DNA of 64,000 nucleotides from Podospora anserina (Eukaryota): NCBI GenBank assembly GCA_017654855.1, contig CM030337.1, positions 558,001 to 622,000 of the forward strand, read 5' to 3'. Shown piece by piece: positions 12,492 to 23,595 of this stretch (position 1 is its first letter; each line of letters starts with the position of its first letter). The notes under the pieces were generated by a model. It saw only the letters and a program-made list of their open reading frames with translations, ran no database searches and was not told where the DNA came from. The position numbers and the translations under genes were made by a program.

Positions 12492-12720
12492 GGCGTCGGT
12501 TGTGTAGAGAACAAAGGCGGCCAAATTTGGTGGGTATAGAGAATGGCAAAAGTGAGGGTGCCGTATAGCTAGTCCCTCAATAAATCACAGCTGCTGGCAA
12601 AGATGCTTTGTCGAAAAAGAAAACAAAGCTGGTGCCAGACAGTCCTTAGAGTTATTCGTGGGTTTGGCGGTTGGGGGTGGAGGATGCAAAAAGAGAGAAG
12701 GGAAGGGCCTTTGCTGCTTT

Positions 12721-12803
12721 TGCGCGATCTTCTTTTAAGAGGAGAGGCGGGATGTGGATCGCGTCGGACGCGTTGGACACCAGAATTTTGGTGCCCGGCG
12801 CGT
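12721..12803. promoter_or_regulatory. Cluster of MCB-like (MluI cell-cycle box) elements upstream of RNR1
   Basis: ACGCGT 12768-12773, TCGCGT 12759-12764, GCGCGT 12798-12803, TGCGCGA 12721-12727. RNR1/cdc22 genes are established MBF targets in yeasts. Confidence 0.65.
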
Positions 12804-13243
12804 CGCTGTGCCCCGCTGCCCATTAAACAGACGCAGGGGCCATCCGATCTGCCCCACCATCGAGGTCTCGCTGCCTGGGGAGATCGGGATTTCAGGGCTC
12901 CCTGCATGTAGATTTCGGCAGGTGACAAGCCTCATTATCAATCTCAGTATCGGTATATCATTTTCCCTGTGTTTCCCTGCGTTGAACCTGTTTGTTCTTC
13001 TTGATGGCATTGAAGCCCAAAAACATTCAAACCCCAGTCTCATCGCTTGGCTTAAGTAAGCCACGTTTCCAAGGGTCCATCTCGTTTTAGGACTAGCCAG
13101 CGTGACCCCTGTCAACATTCAAACGGCCGCCAAGGCTCACTCAACCTCTTCTCACAGTGAGGACGACTTATGAGGACATGCCTGACTCTTGAGGACCAGC
13201 TCGGAGTCAAATCGATTCTCGAAATATAAGTCTTGGAGAGAGT

Positions 13244-14766
13244 ATGACACTGAAGAGTTCTTCATCAACAGCACGGATATTCACAAGAGCTCTGCTCTCG
13301 AGCGGAGCAACAGCACATCACTTCTCAGCTGCACCTGCACTCAGATCGAAAATGGCCGAGTCCAACTCAACCCAGGCCAATGGTGCCTCTCTCACAACAT
13401 ACCAGCCGCGATACATCGATGTGGGTAGTTTATCATATAATCTCATCGACTAGCCACTAATAAACCATTTCCGCCTCATCAGATTGGCATCAACCTCGCT
13501 GATCCCATCTTCCGCGGCCGTTACCATGGCAAATCAAGACACCCCGATGACCTCCAGGGTGTCATCGACAGAGCCAAAGAAGTAGGCTGCACCAAGCTCC
13601 TCGTAACCGGCTCCTCCTTCAAATCCTCCCGTGACGCCCTCAAAATAGCCTCCAAATTCCCGAACGTGGTCTTCACCACAGCCGGAATCCACCCCTGCTC
13701 CTCCTCCATCTTCTCCCCCTCCCACCACAAACACCACGACGAGTCCCAATCCGAGGACGAATCCGCCGACCAGCACACCCCCGCCTGCGGGCCCGACCCA
13801 ACAAAACCCATCCTCGATGGCGAAGGCGTCGACCACGCCCGCTCAGAAGTCATCATCTCCGACCTCAAAGACCTGATCACTACCGCTCCGAAAAACAGCC
13901 TCATAGCCTTTGGCGAGTTCGGCCTCGACTACGACAGACTCCACTACTGCTCAAAGGAAGTACAACTCCACTCCTTCGCCGCCCAGCTCAGACTCGCGGC
14001 GTCGCTCTCCCCTCAGTTACCGCTCTTTCTCCACTCCCGCGCCGCACACGGGGACTTTGTTCGTCTGCTCAAAGATGCGTTTGGCCCTAGGCTTGAAAAC
14101 CTGCAAAAGGGTGGTGTAGTCCACTCTTTTACTGGAACAATAGAAGAGGCAAAAGAGCTGATGGACCTGGGATTGTACATTGGCATCAACGGGTGCAGTT
14201 TCAAGACCGTCGAAAACTGCGAGGTGGTCAAGCAAATCGACCTGAGCAAAATGATGCTTGAGACGGATGGTCCGTGGTGTGAGGTTAGGCCTACGCATGA
14301 GGGGTGGAAGTATCTGGTTCAGTTTGAGGAAGCTAGAAGAAAGGAAGAGGAGGAGAAGAAGAGGCTAGAGGAGGAGGAGAGGCAAAAGCAGGAAAAGATC
14401 GAGGCAGAAAGAAAAGCGCAGGAGGAGCTGGAGAAGAAGGCTGCTGAGTTGGAGTTGAGGGGTGGTGTAGAGGGGGGCAAGGTTGGCAGGGAAGGGGAGA
14501 AGAAGAGACAGCGACAACCCAAGAAGCCTAAGCAGCAACAGCAGCCGCAGGGGAAGAAGAATCAGAAGAAGGAAAGCGAAGTGCCTGATCGGTTCAAGGT
14601 TGTCAAGAAGGAGAAGTGGGAGGAGGGGGCGATGGTCAAGGGGAGGAATGAGCCGTGCACCATTGAGCGGATTGCGAGGATTGTGGCTGGGATCAAGGGG
14701 GTGGGTGTGGAGGAGGTGTGTGAAGCTGCATGGGAGAACACTGCCAAGGTGTTTGGTCCTTTTTGA
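13244..14766 (+). CDS. TatD-family deoxyribonuclease; intron 13421-13482; alternative ATG at 13352
   Basis: Spliced RYIDIGINLADPIFRG..HPDD, TAGIHPC, GEFGLDYDRLHYC, PLFLHSR, GVVHSFTG, LETDGPWC, RNEP. Confidence 0.93.
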
Positions 14767-14927
14767 GTTGATTATGACAGCTACAAGCCGATAGAAAGCG
14801 TAGAAAGATTTCATTGTTTCTCCATAATTCCAGGGGTATTATTTTCTGTGCTGACACCCGCCGGCTACCATACACCCAAACTCCATACAAATGCTCACTC
14901 ATAGTATACAACAGAATATTCAAAACA

Positions 14928-16352
14928 CTACAGTCCAGAGCCCTTATGCCCTCTTATCCTGCCATTTCTCACAGCCCCTATGGTGACACCCTCCTCACCC
15001 GTCATCCACCCCGGCATCTTTTCCCCATCTATGACCCCGCATTCGACCAACTGTCGTATTCCCGCAAAGACATGGCTGCCATGAAACGTCAACCTCACAT
15101 TCGGCCTGAATGCTTCCTCCCCGTCATCCTCCCCTTCAATATCCATCCTATCAGCATCATCACCCCCAATCTCGAAAGGATCCTCCATAACCAAATCCAC
15201 CCTCTCCACCCCCTTCCCATCTCCTACCCGTGCCGTATCCCCAAACCGAGCTTGCGCGACCAGCTTGGCCCGTTTATTCACCCTCTCCTCCACCGTCGGT
15301 CTCTCCCTCCTCTTCTTATCACCATTCCCTTGTTCTTCCTCCTCTGCTGCATCGCTCAACGGTGGGCTAGGCAAAACAGTACTCAACGGGGACTCTTTGA
15401 CCTTCTCATCCGCATAGATACTCCACCCACCACCTGCCGCATTGCCTCTCGTCGCGCCCCTTCGATCGAGCAACCCCTCCAGATTTCTTGTCGTCAAAGA
15501 AGTACTCTGCAGCGTGACCCTCTGCCTCGGCAGTGACAGCGCCTTTGGTATCCCCTCCACCAGCAGCGCCCTAAGCGATTTCGATTCTGACGCCCCTGTC
15601 GGGCCGGTAGAGGTGGGTTTAGAAATGAAAATATTTGGTGAGCCATCCGGGAAGGCGATGAGTATCGTCTTGGAGCCAGTGTCCATTTTGCCATTGGAGG
15701 ATAGGGACAAAGGAGTGTTGTAGGGGGAGTCGATGACAAAGATCCTCAGTATCAGCAAGGGAAGCGTCTTGTGACGGTCGAGGTTGTAGTGTGCTTTGAT
15801 ATCAGGCAGGATTTGAGCCTGGAGCGATTTGAGAAACAACGAAGGGTGAAACCTTGGTATGGTTAGTGATGTTTTGTCGGCTTCCAGCGGCTGCACCTCG
15901 CCGTCGTCGTCCTCTGTTGGTGCTTTCAGCGGGACTATGTTATAGGCTGACCATTTCTGGGAGGTTGGGTGGTCGTAGAGGTATTGCAGGTCTGCGATGG
16001 CGAGCTGGTAGAGCGATACCCCGTGCCGCCAGTCGCCTGTGGTGATTCTGTCTAGGACATCTCTTTTGGAGCCTTTACGATTCTGGAGGGAGAGGTACTC
16101 TTCCCGGAGCTCCTCCGGGGATGAGGCAGGGGGGTAGAAGTCGCCGTCATCTTCTTCTTCATCGTCATCCTGGTCTGGACGGAGGTAGGGGGTGGCTAGA
16201 GATAGGTTGTCCTCGTCTAGCCAGTCCAAGGCAACAGAGATGAGAGAAGCGCGTGAGAGCCGGCTAAGAATTTTGGTGACTGTTGTGCTGGAGGGGTTGA
16301 CGCGTAGAGAGGAGGGCAGAGGCGCTGTGGTAGGGACTGATATTCGGGACAT
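14928..16352 (-). CDS. CHL4: Kinetochore protein CHL4/Mis15/CENP-N
   Basis: KILSRLSR.SL..ALDWL, DWRHG.SLYQLA..D, RG.NA.GGWSIYAD..SPL, LTFHGSHVFAGIRQLVE.G.IDG..MPGWMTGEEGV. First ATG at 16352. Confidence 0.9.
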   Translation of the reverse strand: MSRISVPTTAPLPSSLRVNPSSTTVTKILSRLSRASLISVALDWLDEDNLSLATPYLRPDQDDDEEEDDGDFYPPASSPEELREEYLSLQNRKGSKRDVLDRITTGDWRHGVSLYQLAIADLQYLYDHPTSQKWSAYNIVPLKAPTEDDDGEVQPLEADKTSLTIPRFHPSLFLKSLQAQILPDIKAHYNLDRHKTLPLLILRIFVIDSPYNTPLSLSSNGKMDTGSKTILIAFPDGSPNIFISKPTSTGPTGASESKSLRALLVEGIPKALSLPRQRVTLQSTSLTTRNLEGLLDRRGATRGNAAGGGWSIYADEKVKESPLSTVLPSPPLSDAAEEEEQGNGDKKRRERPTVEERVNKRAKLVAQARFGDTARVGDGKGVERVDLVMEDPFEIGGDDADRMDIEGEDDGEEAFRPNVRLTFHGSHVFAGIRQLVECGVIDGEKMPGWMTGEEGVTIGAVRNGRIRGHKGSGL

Positions 16353-18073
16353 CTTCAGGCTTAGATTAAGAAACAAATGGAGCTCCGTGATAGCAAACAG
16401 AATGGGTTGCCGTAGCCGGGGTGTTCCGGAGAGGGTCCGTTCCGGCGAACGTCAACAATGGATCCGCTCGCACCGTGTTTCCGGCGAGCTTCGGGGGGTG
16501 CAGGCCGAGAAACCCGGAATTGATTTACAGAGCTGAGCTGGTCCAGAGCCCCCACGCCGTTTTGCAGAACGTGTTGGCAGTTGGAGCGCGTTCTCGCGTC
16601 ACATGGTGGTCTGGACCGCAGTGTGTGGCCCGTGCTCTTATCTAGGTGAGCTTCACCCCGCAAAATCACAACAGCACAGCGCCCACGCACCCCGCACGCC
16701 TCAATATCTTGGCTTTTGACATGTCTCATCAGCGTTTTCCTCCTCTTTTGATGGTTCTAGATGAACGGTAGTACACAATGGATTCTGAAGAAGAAAACAC
16801 CGACCAAAAGAACAGCTACCATTAAAAGATTTTAGACGATAGGAAGGGGCAAGCGTCTATATCGAGCCGCTGACGTTGCCGAGCCACGTATCGGGGTGCC
16901 GAGTATCGGAGCACGCGGAGACAGGTGGGAGCCAAGTGAGTGGGAACCCTCCTTCACGTGCGTTTTACCCTTCTTGGAATTCCGGATCGTTTCCCTCTGA
17001 AGTCTTCAGTTGTGAGCTTTTGTCAGCATCTGCTGAGATCCAGGGCTCGATTGCCGAGTGAGAGCGTGGCAAACTGTCCCCACCAGGCTGGACAACCGTT
17101 TAAAGATGAGCCCCGGCCTGCTCCGATTCTGCCCCTTCTCTTCAAGTGGAAATGGATGGAGATCAACAGGCATTGTGCTCTTGGCACGCTCATTGATGAT
17201 GACTGATTAACCGTCGACTCAGGCACAGACAAAGAAAGGGCGGGGAAAACACGTTCCTGTACCTGTCGTGATAGGGTCAATGGCACAAAGAAAAGAAGGC
17301 CCTGAGACTGAAGAGACTGAAGGTTTCAGTAGGAGCGGAATTGCTAACGCAGGTTCGTGATGGAAATGCAAAAAATTGTCTGCAAGCGCGTGGTTCTTAG
17401 CAGTGATTGGAGTCCTGTCCGTCTGAAGAGAGGGGCACTCGGGCAATTTGGGTCTCGGCTACCGAGAGCGTGGGAGTCAATGTGCCTCTGACTAATAGCG
17501 ACCATCGGACCGTGGGTATAGCGGGAAGCGCACCAGGGTTATCCCACCAAATCCATGTTGAGCGCTGTCTTCCGACTGTCTTCCCACTGGCCCGGGCGCC
17601 GATTTCTTGAACTGTTCTCATGTCCAGTCTCCATCACTCTTCCACTTCAGCAACACACTGGCTCCCAACTTGAGGCCATCATCGCTAGCAGAGGGCCCCG
17701 TCTCCCAGCTAGCTCTCACTGCCCTACATCCACCGACCCGTCTAGCTCTTTGTTTCAGCCAAAGACGCTGACTCGCCCGTACAACGCTCGCTTCCTTTTA
17801 GGAACTGAAGCCGAAGCGAGTGCCGATTTGTTCTCCGGCCACCAAAGGACGCCCCGCCTCATCACCTCCCCTCGACCGACCCTTTGTCTCCCGCCCACCG
17901 CCCACCTGCCGACATATTTGCAATTGTCTAAATCTCAAAGGAACGGATTTCACAATCACCAATTCCACTCGACGACCAAAGACTCTTAAACGCCCCTCAG
18001 GCAATCACCCCCGCGAGCGCGCGTGCTGGAGCTTTATTCGACGTTTGACAAGAGAGAGGAATTAAACATCGCC

Positions 18074-19700
18074 ATGGCCTACTCCAGCGCGCGGAGAGGT
18101 GTCAATGTGACCCAATATCTCCGTGAATTGAACCAAGATGGCGGCGTGGTAGAGGAGACGCTCATCACGGATGAAGACCTCGCCAAGGACCTTGCGCTCT
18201 TTACCAACACTCAGTTCTTCGACTTTGAGACTGGCCAGAACACCGACTACCAGGCGCCACCTGTCAAGCCCGACACATTACAAACATCACCAACCGAGGA
18301 GTTGACGTCGGCCGACTCTATCATGGGTGACTTTGGCTTTTCTGATTTTTCCATCCCAGGTTAGTGTGGCTTTACTCCGTCAATTTTGGTTTTTTTCTTT
18401 CACTTTCATATGCTTCTTTGTTGGTTCAATCTTGATATTGGCAGGGGTTGGTCATGGTGCTGCGGTGTTTGGTGGTGGAGGACTTTGAGTTGTTTTGGCT
18501 GGTTGTTTCAGTTTCCTCCTGCCTTCTACAAGACCCCTTCAACAGCCAACCCGCTCAGCAAGTGCTGAATACATCACCTGGCTATGTCGCAACCGGAAAG
18601 CAGCGGGAAGATGGAAAAGGCTGCAGTCTCGGGGCGGTGACAGGGCCACAGAGAGCGGTTCGTCTTATCGCAGATCGAGCAAGTGCTTCGCACCCCACTC
18701 TCTCGCTCATGGCGAGTGTGCCCCCATGTTTTGCGGGCGGCTTGTGATTGGAAGGCTGCACCATGGGCCGGCTTCGAGGTGCATGCGGTTGGGAAACACG
18801 AAGTCCCTGGGCGATGCTTGGGCCTGCCTATATGGGGCTGACAAATGATCGTCGATGCTCGCGATGATGCCATTTCTCGTGACTTTTGGGGGATTGCACC
18901 ATCGACACTGGGGCATCAGTGGCCCGTTTGGGACCGCTCCGCCGTTTGGCTCAATATCCCTGGATCTCCGCCCTCCCCGTCGGCGGCGCTGTCCGTCACT
19001 CTAGTCTGTTCTTTTGTCTTGTACTTGTGCAATTGGCTACGTCTTGTATCGATATTGTTGTTCACTCGCTGACCATGGCACCATGTCTCCAGGCGACTAC
19101 AGCTTCGGTGATTTTGGCAGCAACTACACCTCGCCCACGGTCCCGGCCTTCCCAGACAACCTAGGCAACCTGCAGCCCATCCAGCCCACCCCCCAATCCT
19201 CCTATGCCCCGCCAGTCCCCCAGCAGCACCAGCCAGGGTATGTTCACACTGTAGCAGCTCCCGTTATCGGGGGCGAGAAGCGCAAGGCCACTGAACAGCT
19301 TAGTCCCCCGAACCGCATCCTGAGCTTCGAAGACGCGTCGCGCATGGCCGCTGAGGAGGACAAAAGGAGACGCAACACGGCCGCCAGCGCACGCTTCCGC
19401 ATCAAGAAGAAGCAGAGGGAGCAGGCCCTCGAAAAGTCGGCCAAGGAGATGACGGAGAAGGTTACCATGCTGGAAGGACGCATCTCTGCCCTCGAGACGG
19501 AGAACAAGTGGCTCAAGTCGCTCGTGACGGAGAAACACGGCGACAAGCAGGACATTCTCGAGAAGTTCTTCAAGGAGTTTGCGGCCAGGGAAGCCAAGAA
19601 AGGATCGTCGTCTTCGGGTATCAAGGACAGCATCAGCGCTGCCAGCTCCACCACCGCCGTTGACGACTCGGACAAGTCGCCCGCCAAGAGGAAGGATTGA
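18074..19700 (+). CDS. cys-3: Sulfur-regulatory bZIP transcription factor CYS-3/MetR; exons 18074-18359 and 19093-19700
   Basis: Exon 1 has NVTQYLRELN and DLALFTNTQFFDF; exon 2 has bZIP AAEEDKRRRNTAASARFRIKKKQREQALE..LETENKWLK. Splice sites GTTAGT..GCTGAC..CAG are phase compatible. Confidence 0.93.
18864..19084. promoter_or_regulatory. CYS3-binding boxes inside the cys-3 intron
   Basis: ATGATGCCAT 18864-18873 and ATGGCACCAT 19075-19084 match the N. crassa CYS3 consensus ATGRYRYCAT; ATTGCACCAT 18893-18902 has one mismatch. Confidence 0.7.
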
Positions 19701-20367
19701 GGTATTCTTTGGTGACAAAGATATCATAATCTGGTTTTCTTATCTGGGCTCTTCCGGTTTCGAGTCATTTCATCAGCGAGGGGTTTAACGGTGGGGGATT
19801 GGAGAGGCCCTTTTTGCTGCGGATATACCATATCATCATCATCATCATTCAAATCATCGAAGGCGTTTCATCTCGAATTATTCGGTCTTTTCTTGTTTTT
19901 GTTTCTTGTTTTGGTCTTGTCTGATTTTACGACTTGCTTTTTTCTTTATACCTGGTCCATTTACCTTGGGTTTCCGGTGTTCTGGAGCTTTAAGGGAAAG
20001 CGGGAAGGGAACAAGGTAATCATTTGGGGGGTGGGGAGGAGTAGGGAGTGGGTGGGATTTCAGCTGAAAGGCTGGAGGGAAAAGAACGGAGGGGTGATTT
20101 TGTTTAGTACTGTTTGCTTTTGGTGTTTTTACGAAGCTTGCAAGCTACAGATCTCATCATCATCACTTTGTACCACAAGGCAGTTACAGAACACTGGTGG
20201 TCGTATGATGTCTTGTATTTCACATGGATACAAGAGTTATATGAATATTTTTACGAAGTTGATGAATGGGATGGTCGGGTAGCGCATATGTAGCGACAAG
20301 AGGAATATAAATATACAAAAGTCATAACAAAATATCATGATCACATTGATTGTTGAACACTATTCTA

Positions 20368-21051
20368 CTACTCTTTCTTTTCTGCTGTATTGTTTTCATC
20401 AACACCACGTAGAGTGGCCAAACGCAACTGGTTCCTCTTTCCCAGGACCCGAAGCGTGCTTTCCCTCTCGAACGAGGACATCTCCTGCCAGTTGGCGATG
20501 CGGGCCAGGGTGCCGTCCCTGTTGACGACCATTGGTCCGAGGGCGTCGAGGGAGATGGGGGCCCCGTTTACGACGACGGTGGTTGTTTTGCCTGGGGTTT
20601 CGGTCTCCTCGGTGCCGGGGGCGGGGAGGGCGGGAAGTGGTTGTTGTTTTGGGATTGCGACATTTGCGGTGGGGTCATCCTCCTGATGGGTAGTGGTTGC
20701 TGTTGTTGTTGTTGTTGTTGTTGATGATGGGGTTTCTTCTTGTTCTTCCACATGAGCGGGTCTAACGGCTGCTGCTGCGGGTGTGGCAGCAGATGCGGCT
20801 GTTGTTGTTGAAGGTTGATGGGATGATGGTGAGCGCCCGGGGTTGGGTGGCGTGCTTGTTGCGGATGGGGCGGGGCTAGTGGTGGTGTCGCTGGACATTG
20901 TTCTGCGGTGGTGGTGGTGGTGCAGTAGGTGGTTGTGATGGTGGGGTAGCTGAGTTGAGGCCGATGGTGAAGAAGATGGCAAGAGTGTCCGATGGGAATG
21001 TGCTCTTCTGGCTAGTAGTAGTTGGGCGAAGAGTTGGGGGCGGAGACGCAT
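20368..21051 (-). CDS. Conserved fungal hypothetical protein with mitochondrial-presequence-like N-terminus
   Basis: C-terminal block LDALGPMVVNRDGTLARIANWQEMS..ER..TLRVLGKRN..RL recognised from fungal hypotheticals; R/L/S-rich, acid-free N-terminus. Confidence 0.75.
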   Translation of the reverse strand: MRLRPQLFAQLLLARRAHSHRTLLPSSSPSASTQLPHHHNHLLHHHHHRRTMSSDTTTSPAPSATSTPPNPGRSPSSHQPSTTTAASAATPAAAAVRPAHVEEQEETPSSTTTTTTTATTTHQEDDPTANVAIPKQQPLPALPAPGTEETETPGKTTTVVVNGAPISLDALGPMVVNRDGTLARIANWQEMSSFERESTLRVLGKRNQLRLATLRGVDENNTAEKKE

Positions 21052-23132
21052 CAGTGGGTTGGGGTGGGTGGGCAGCTCACTTTCTTCTCGGATAGGTGAG
21101 AAGGGGAGTGAGAATGAGGAGGGTTGTGAGAAGGGAAGAATGATGTGATGATTGTGATCGATCTGACAGGATGTTCCCGTTGCAGATGTGTTGCTTGGTT
21201 CTCTTTTGATGCTTGGGGCGTTTTAAGGTTTGGGAATGGCTTCGGATGATTTACCGTACAGGTGAGGCTTGTCGATGGAGATATTCTTGTATGTGCTGGT
21301 GTTTTCACTGAATCATGATGCTTGATGGAGACTGGAAACGTCTAGAACAGTCCCCAATTTTACCTACGGTGTAGCTGAGGTGAGGCTAGCTGTTCACCTT
21401 GGATGTGGTCTGTGCACTATCTCTAAATGTTGCCAAGAAAGACCCTTTGAACCCGTGAGTCTGACAGAAATGGCGACATCAACGGTGTTGATTGATTTTT
21501 CCAGAAAGCCCATTTAAAACTTTCACGATATATCCTGATGGCGGTATTGACAGGTGTGTGACCCGCAGCTAAGGCAGGTTACACTGCTAATTTGGAGCGA
21601 TATGCGTGGTTGTCTCTGCTGCTGGTTGTCATCGGTGGTGCTCATGGTTCGCACAGGGACCCGATCACGCAATATGCTAGCTGGATGACTCCAGGCCTTC
21701 TTTTAATGGGCCTGGATTCTTTGCTCCTTCCCGCTTCCGACGGTAACCAGGTGTCTCTGGAAATCCAGTGGGCATCGTCGCTTCCCGAAATGCACTTCCC
21801 ACTCTGACAGGCTCCTTCCTGAAAGTCTTGACCGGTTAAGTGACCGCTGAAACCTTCCTCTTTCTTTCATCTTCTTCTTGATTGATCGAGACGAGACTTC
21901 GCTGGCGGCTTGCGACGCGTGATCGAGAACGTGGTGTGGCAGCCTCGCAGCAAGAATCAACCCCGACATGACTTCCCCACGGCTCTGAACCAACCACAGC
22001 AGCATGTTGGGCAACAAGATCAGGGTCCAGCTTCGCTATGGGGTAAAAGAAAACAGGAAGAGAGCGGGACAAGCACCCGGCCTCCCTCACTCTCCCCTTG
22101 GCCAGACCACCGGCGAGTCCTGTGGCTAGGAAAAGTCTGCAGAAGCACTTCAGCTTGCCTGCAGACGGAGGATCAACGTGGGGGTAAGCGACCATTCTTT
22201 CGTCTTGTTACACATGTCCAGCCTTTCGAGTTGGATGTACCAGTCTCTCGAAGGTATCCCGTGTCAGACGGGAACATGCCATTGCAGAGTGCAGTGATCT
22301 GCTCCGCGGAACTGCTCACGGCATCCCCCACGCACGCTTTGCTGACCTGTGCTGATCACAGGGGGTGATAGTCTAACTCGTGGTGTTGGACACCTGGAGT
22401 AACAAGCCTCGGCTCTTCACTTTGACCCACGGGACGTTAGGCGTCTGGCCAGTCACTCACCTTGTGTCTTTGATCTTGTTGGCGAGAATCTCGAAGAAAA
22501 GCCATCGCCGTTTACAGTACCCTATTCAAGAAAACTACAGAGACGGTATACTTCCCCTCAAGGTTTCAGGCTCAACTCAAACAAACGTCTTCCCACCAAC
22601 ACGACTACGCGAACCGATCCTAGCACACCGAGCCGACCCTCCGTATTCAGTTTGCCACGTTCAGCCCACACATACATATCCTTCGACCGGTTTGAAGCCC
22701 CCACGAGACAATTTACAGTCACTATTGAACACGTTCGGCATGATGCGAGTTCAATATGCCCGAATGCCCCTCAGTCTGACCCGTTGCTTGGTTCTTGTCT
22801 GTTGGGGACCGACACGGAATGTAACGGCTCCTTCACGCGGCCCCATCGGTCGCAACGTTCCGATGATATATTAGCAGATGTCGACAAGTCTGCACGAGTT
22901 TCGTCATTCGAAATATCCGACGGCAAGGCGCTCAGAAAGGGATAATCCAGTGACTATACCCGATGGTATCGGCGGCTGCTCTTGATATTCAAGGGTTGAC
23001 ATCCACCAGTTTTAGCTTCACACAAGTCTGGTTGAGTAACGCCACTTTCATCACCACACTCAACACGAACCAAGACCGAACACAAGAACAGCCCACACTA
23101 TTTGATTTGAATTCCGGGCGCCCACATTCGTG

Positions 23133-23206
23133 GCGTGCGTAGTATAGCGGTATTACATTCTGCTCTTCGAGCGAAGGACTTAGGTTCGATTCCTAACCAC
23201 TCACCA
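23133..23206 (+). tRNA. Degenerate tRNA-like gene (probable pseudogene; anticodon ambiguous)
   Basis: A box TAGTATAGCGG 23140-23150; perfect T-arm TTAGG-TTCGATT-CCTAA 23180-23196; D-stem GTA/TAC; T-runs downstream. Acceptor and anticodon stems pair only with bulges. Confidence 0.65.
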
Positions 23207-23595
23207 CACAGCGCATTTGGCTTTCAGCGTTTGCTTTTGTGATTTTTCTATATTATCTTTTTTATATCCCCCCAGAAGGTCTTTGCTTTTGAGATTCAAC
23301 TCATTACCCCCCCCAAAAAACAAGCCCTCTTCTTACTTACAATTGTGTCTTCAATTCAGCAATACCTAAGTATTCCACAGGCATCTCGCGAAGCTTTCAG
23401 ACCAGATTTTATGCATATGATCATTGCGGCCAATCGTATCATGCCGCGCGCGAGTTCGCTCATGGTTTCAACAAGTCTCACGAACCAGCAGCAGCACCAA
23501 TAGCGAAGCAGAGAGTGGTAAAGTGTATTGCACAAAGACTCAGTTTCATCGAATGCTCGAGATTAAACACAGAACATACATCATCTCTCTTGCTT

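Noticed and set aside
14814..15536. 240-aa plus-strand ORF
   Set aside because: Antisense to the G-rich 3' end of CHL4.
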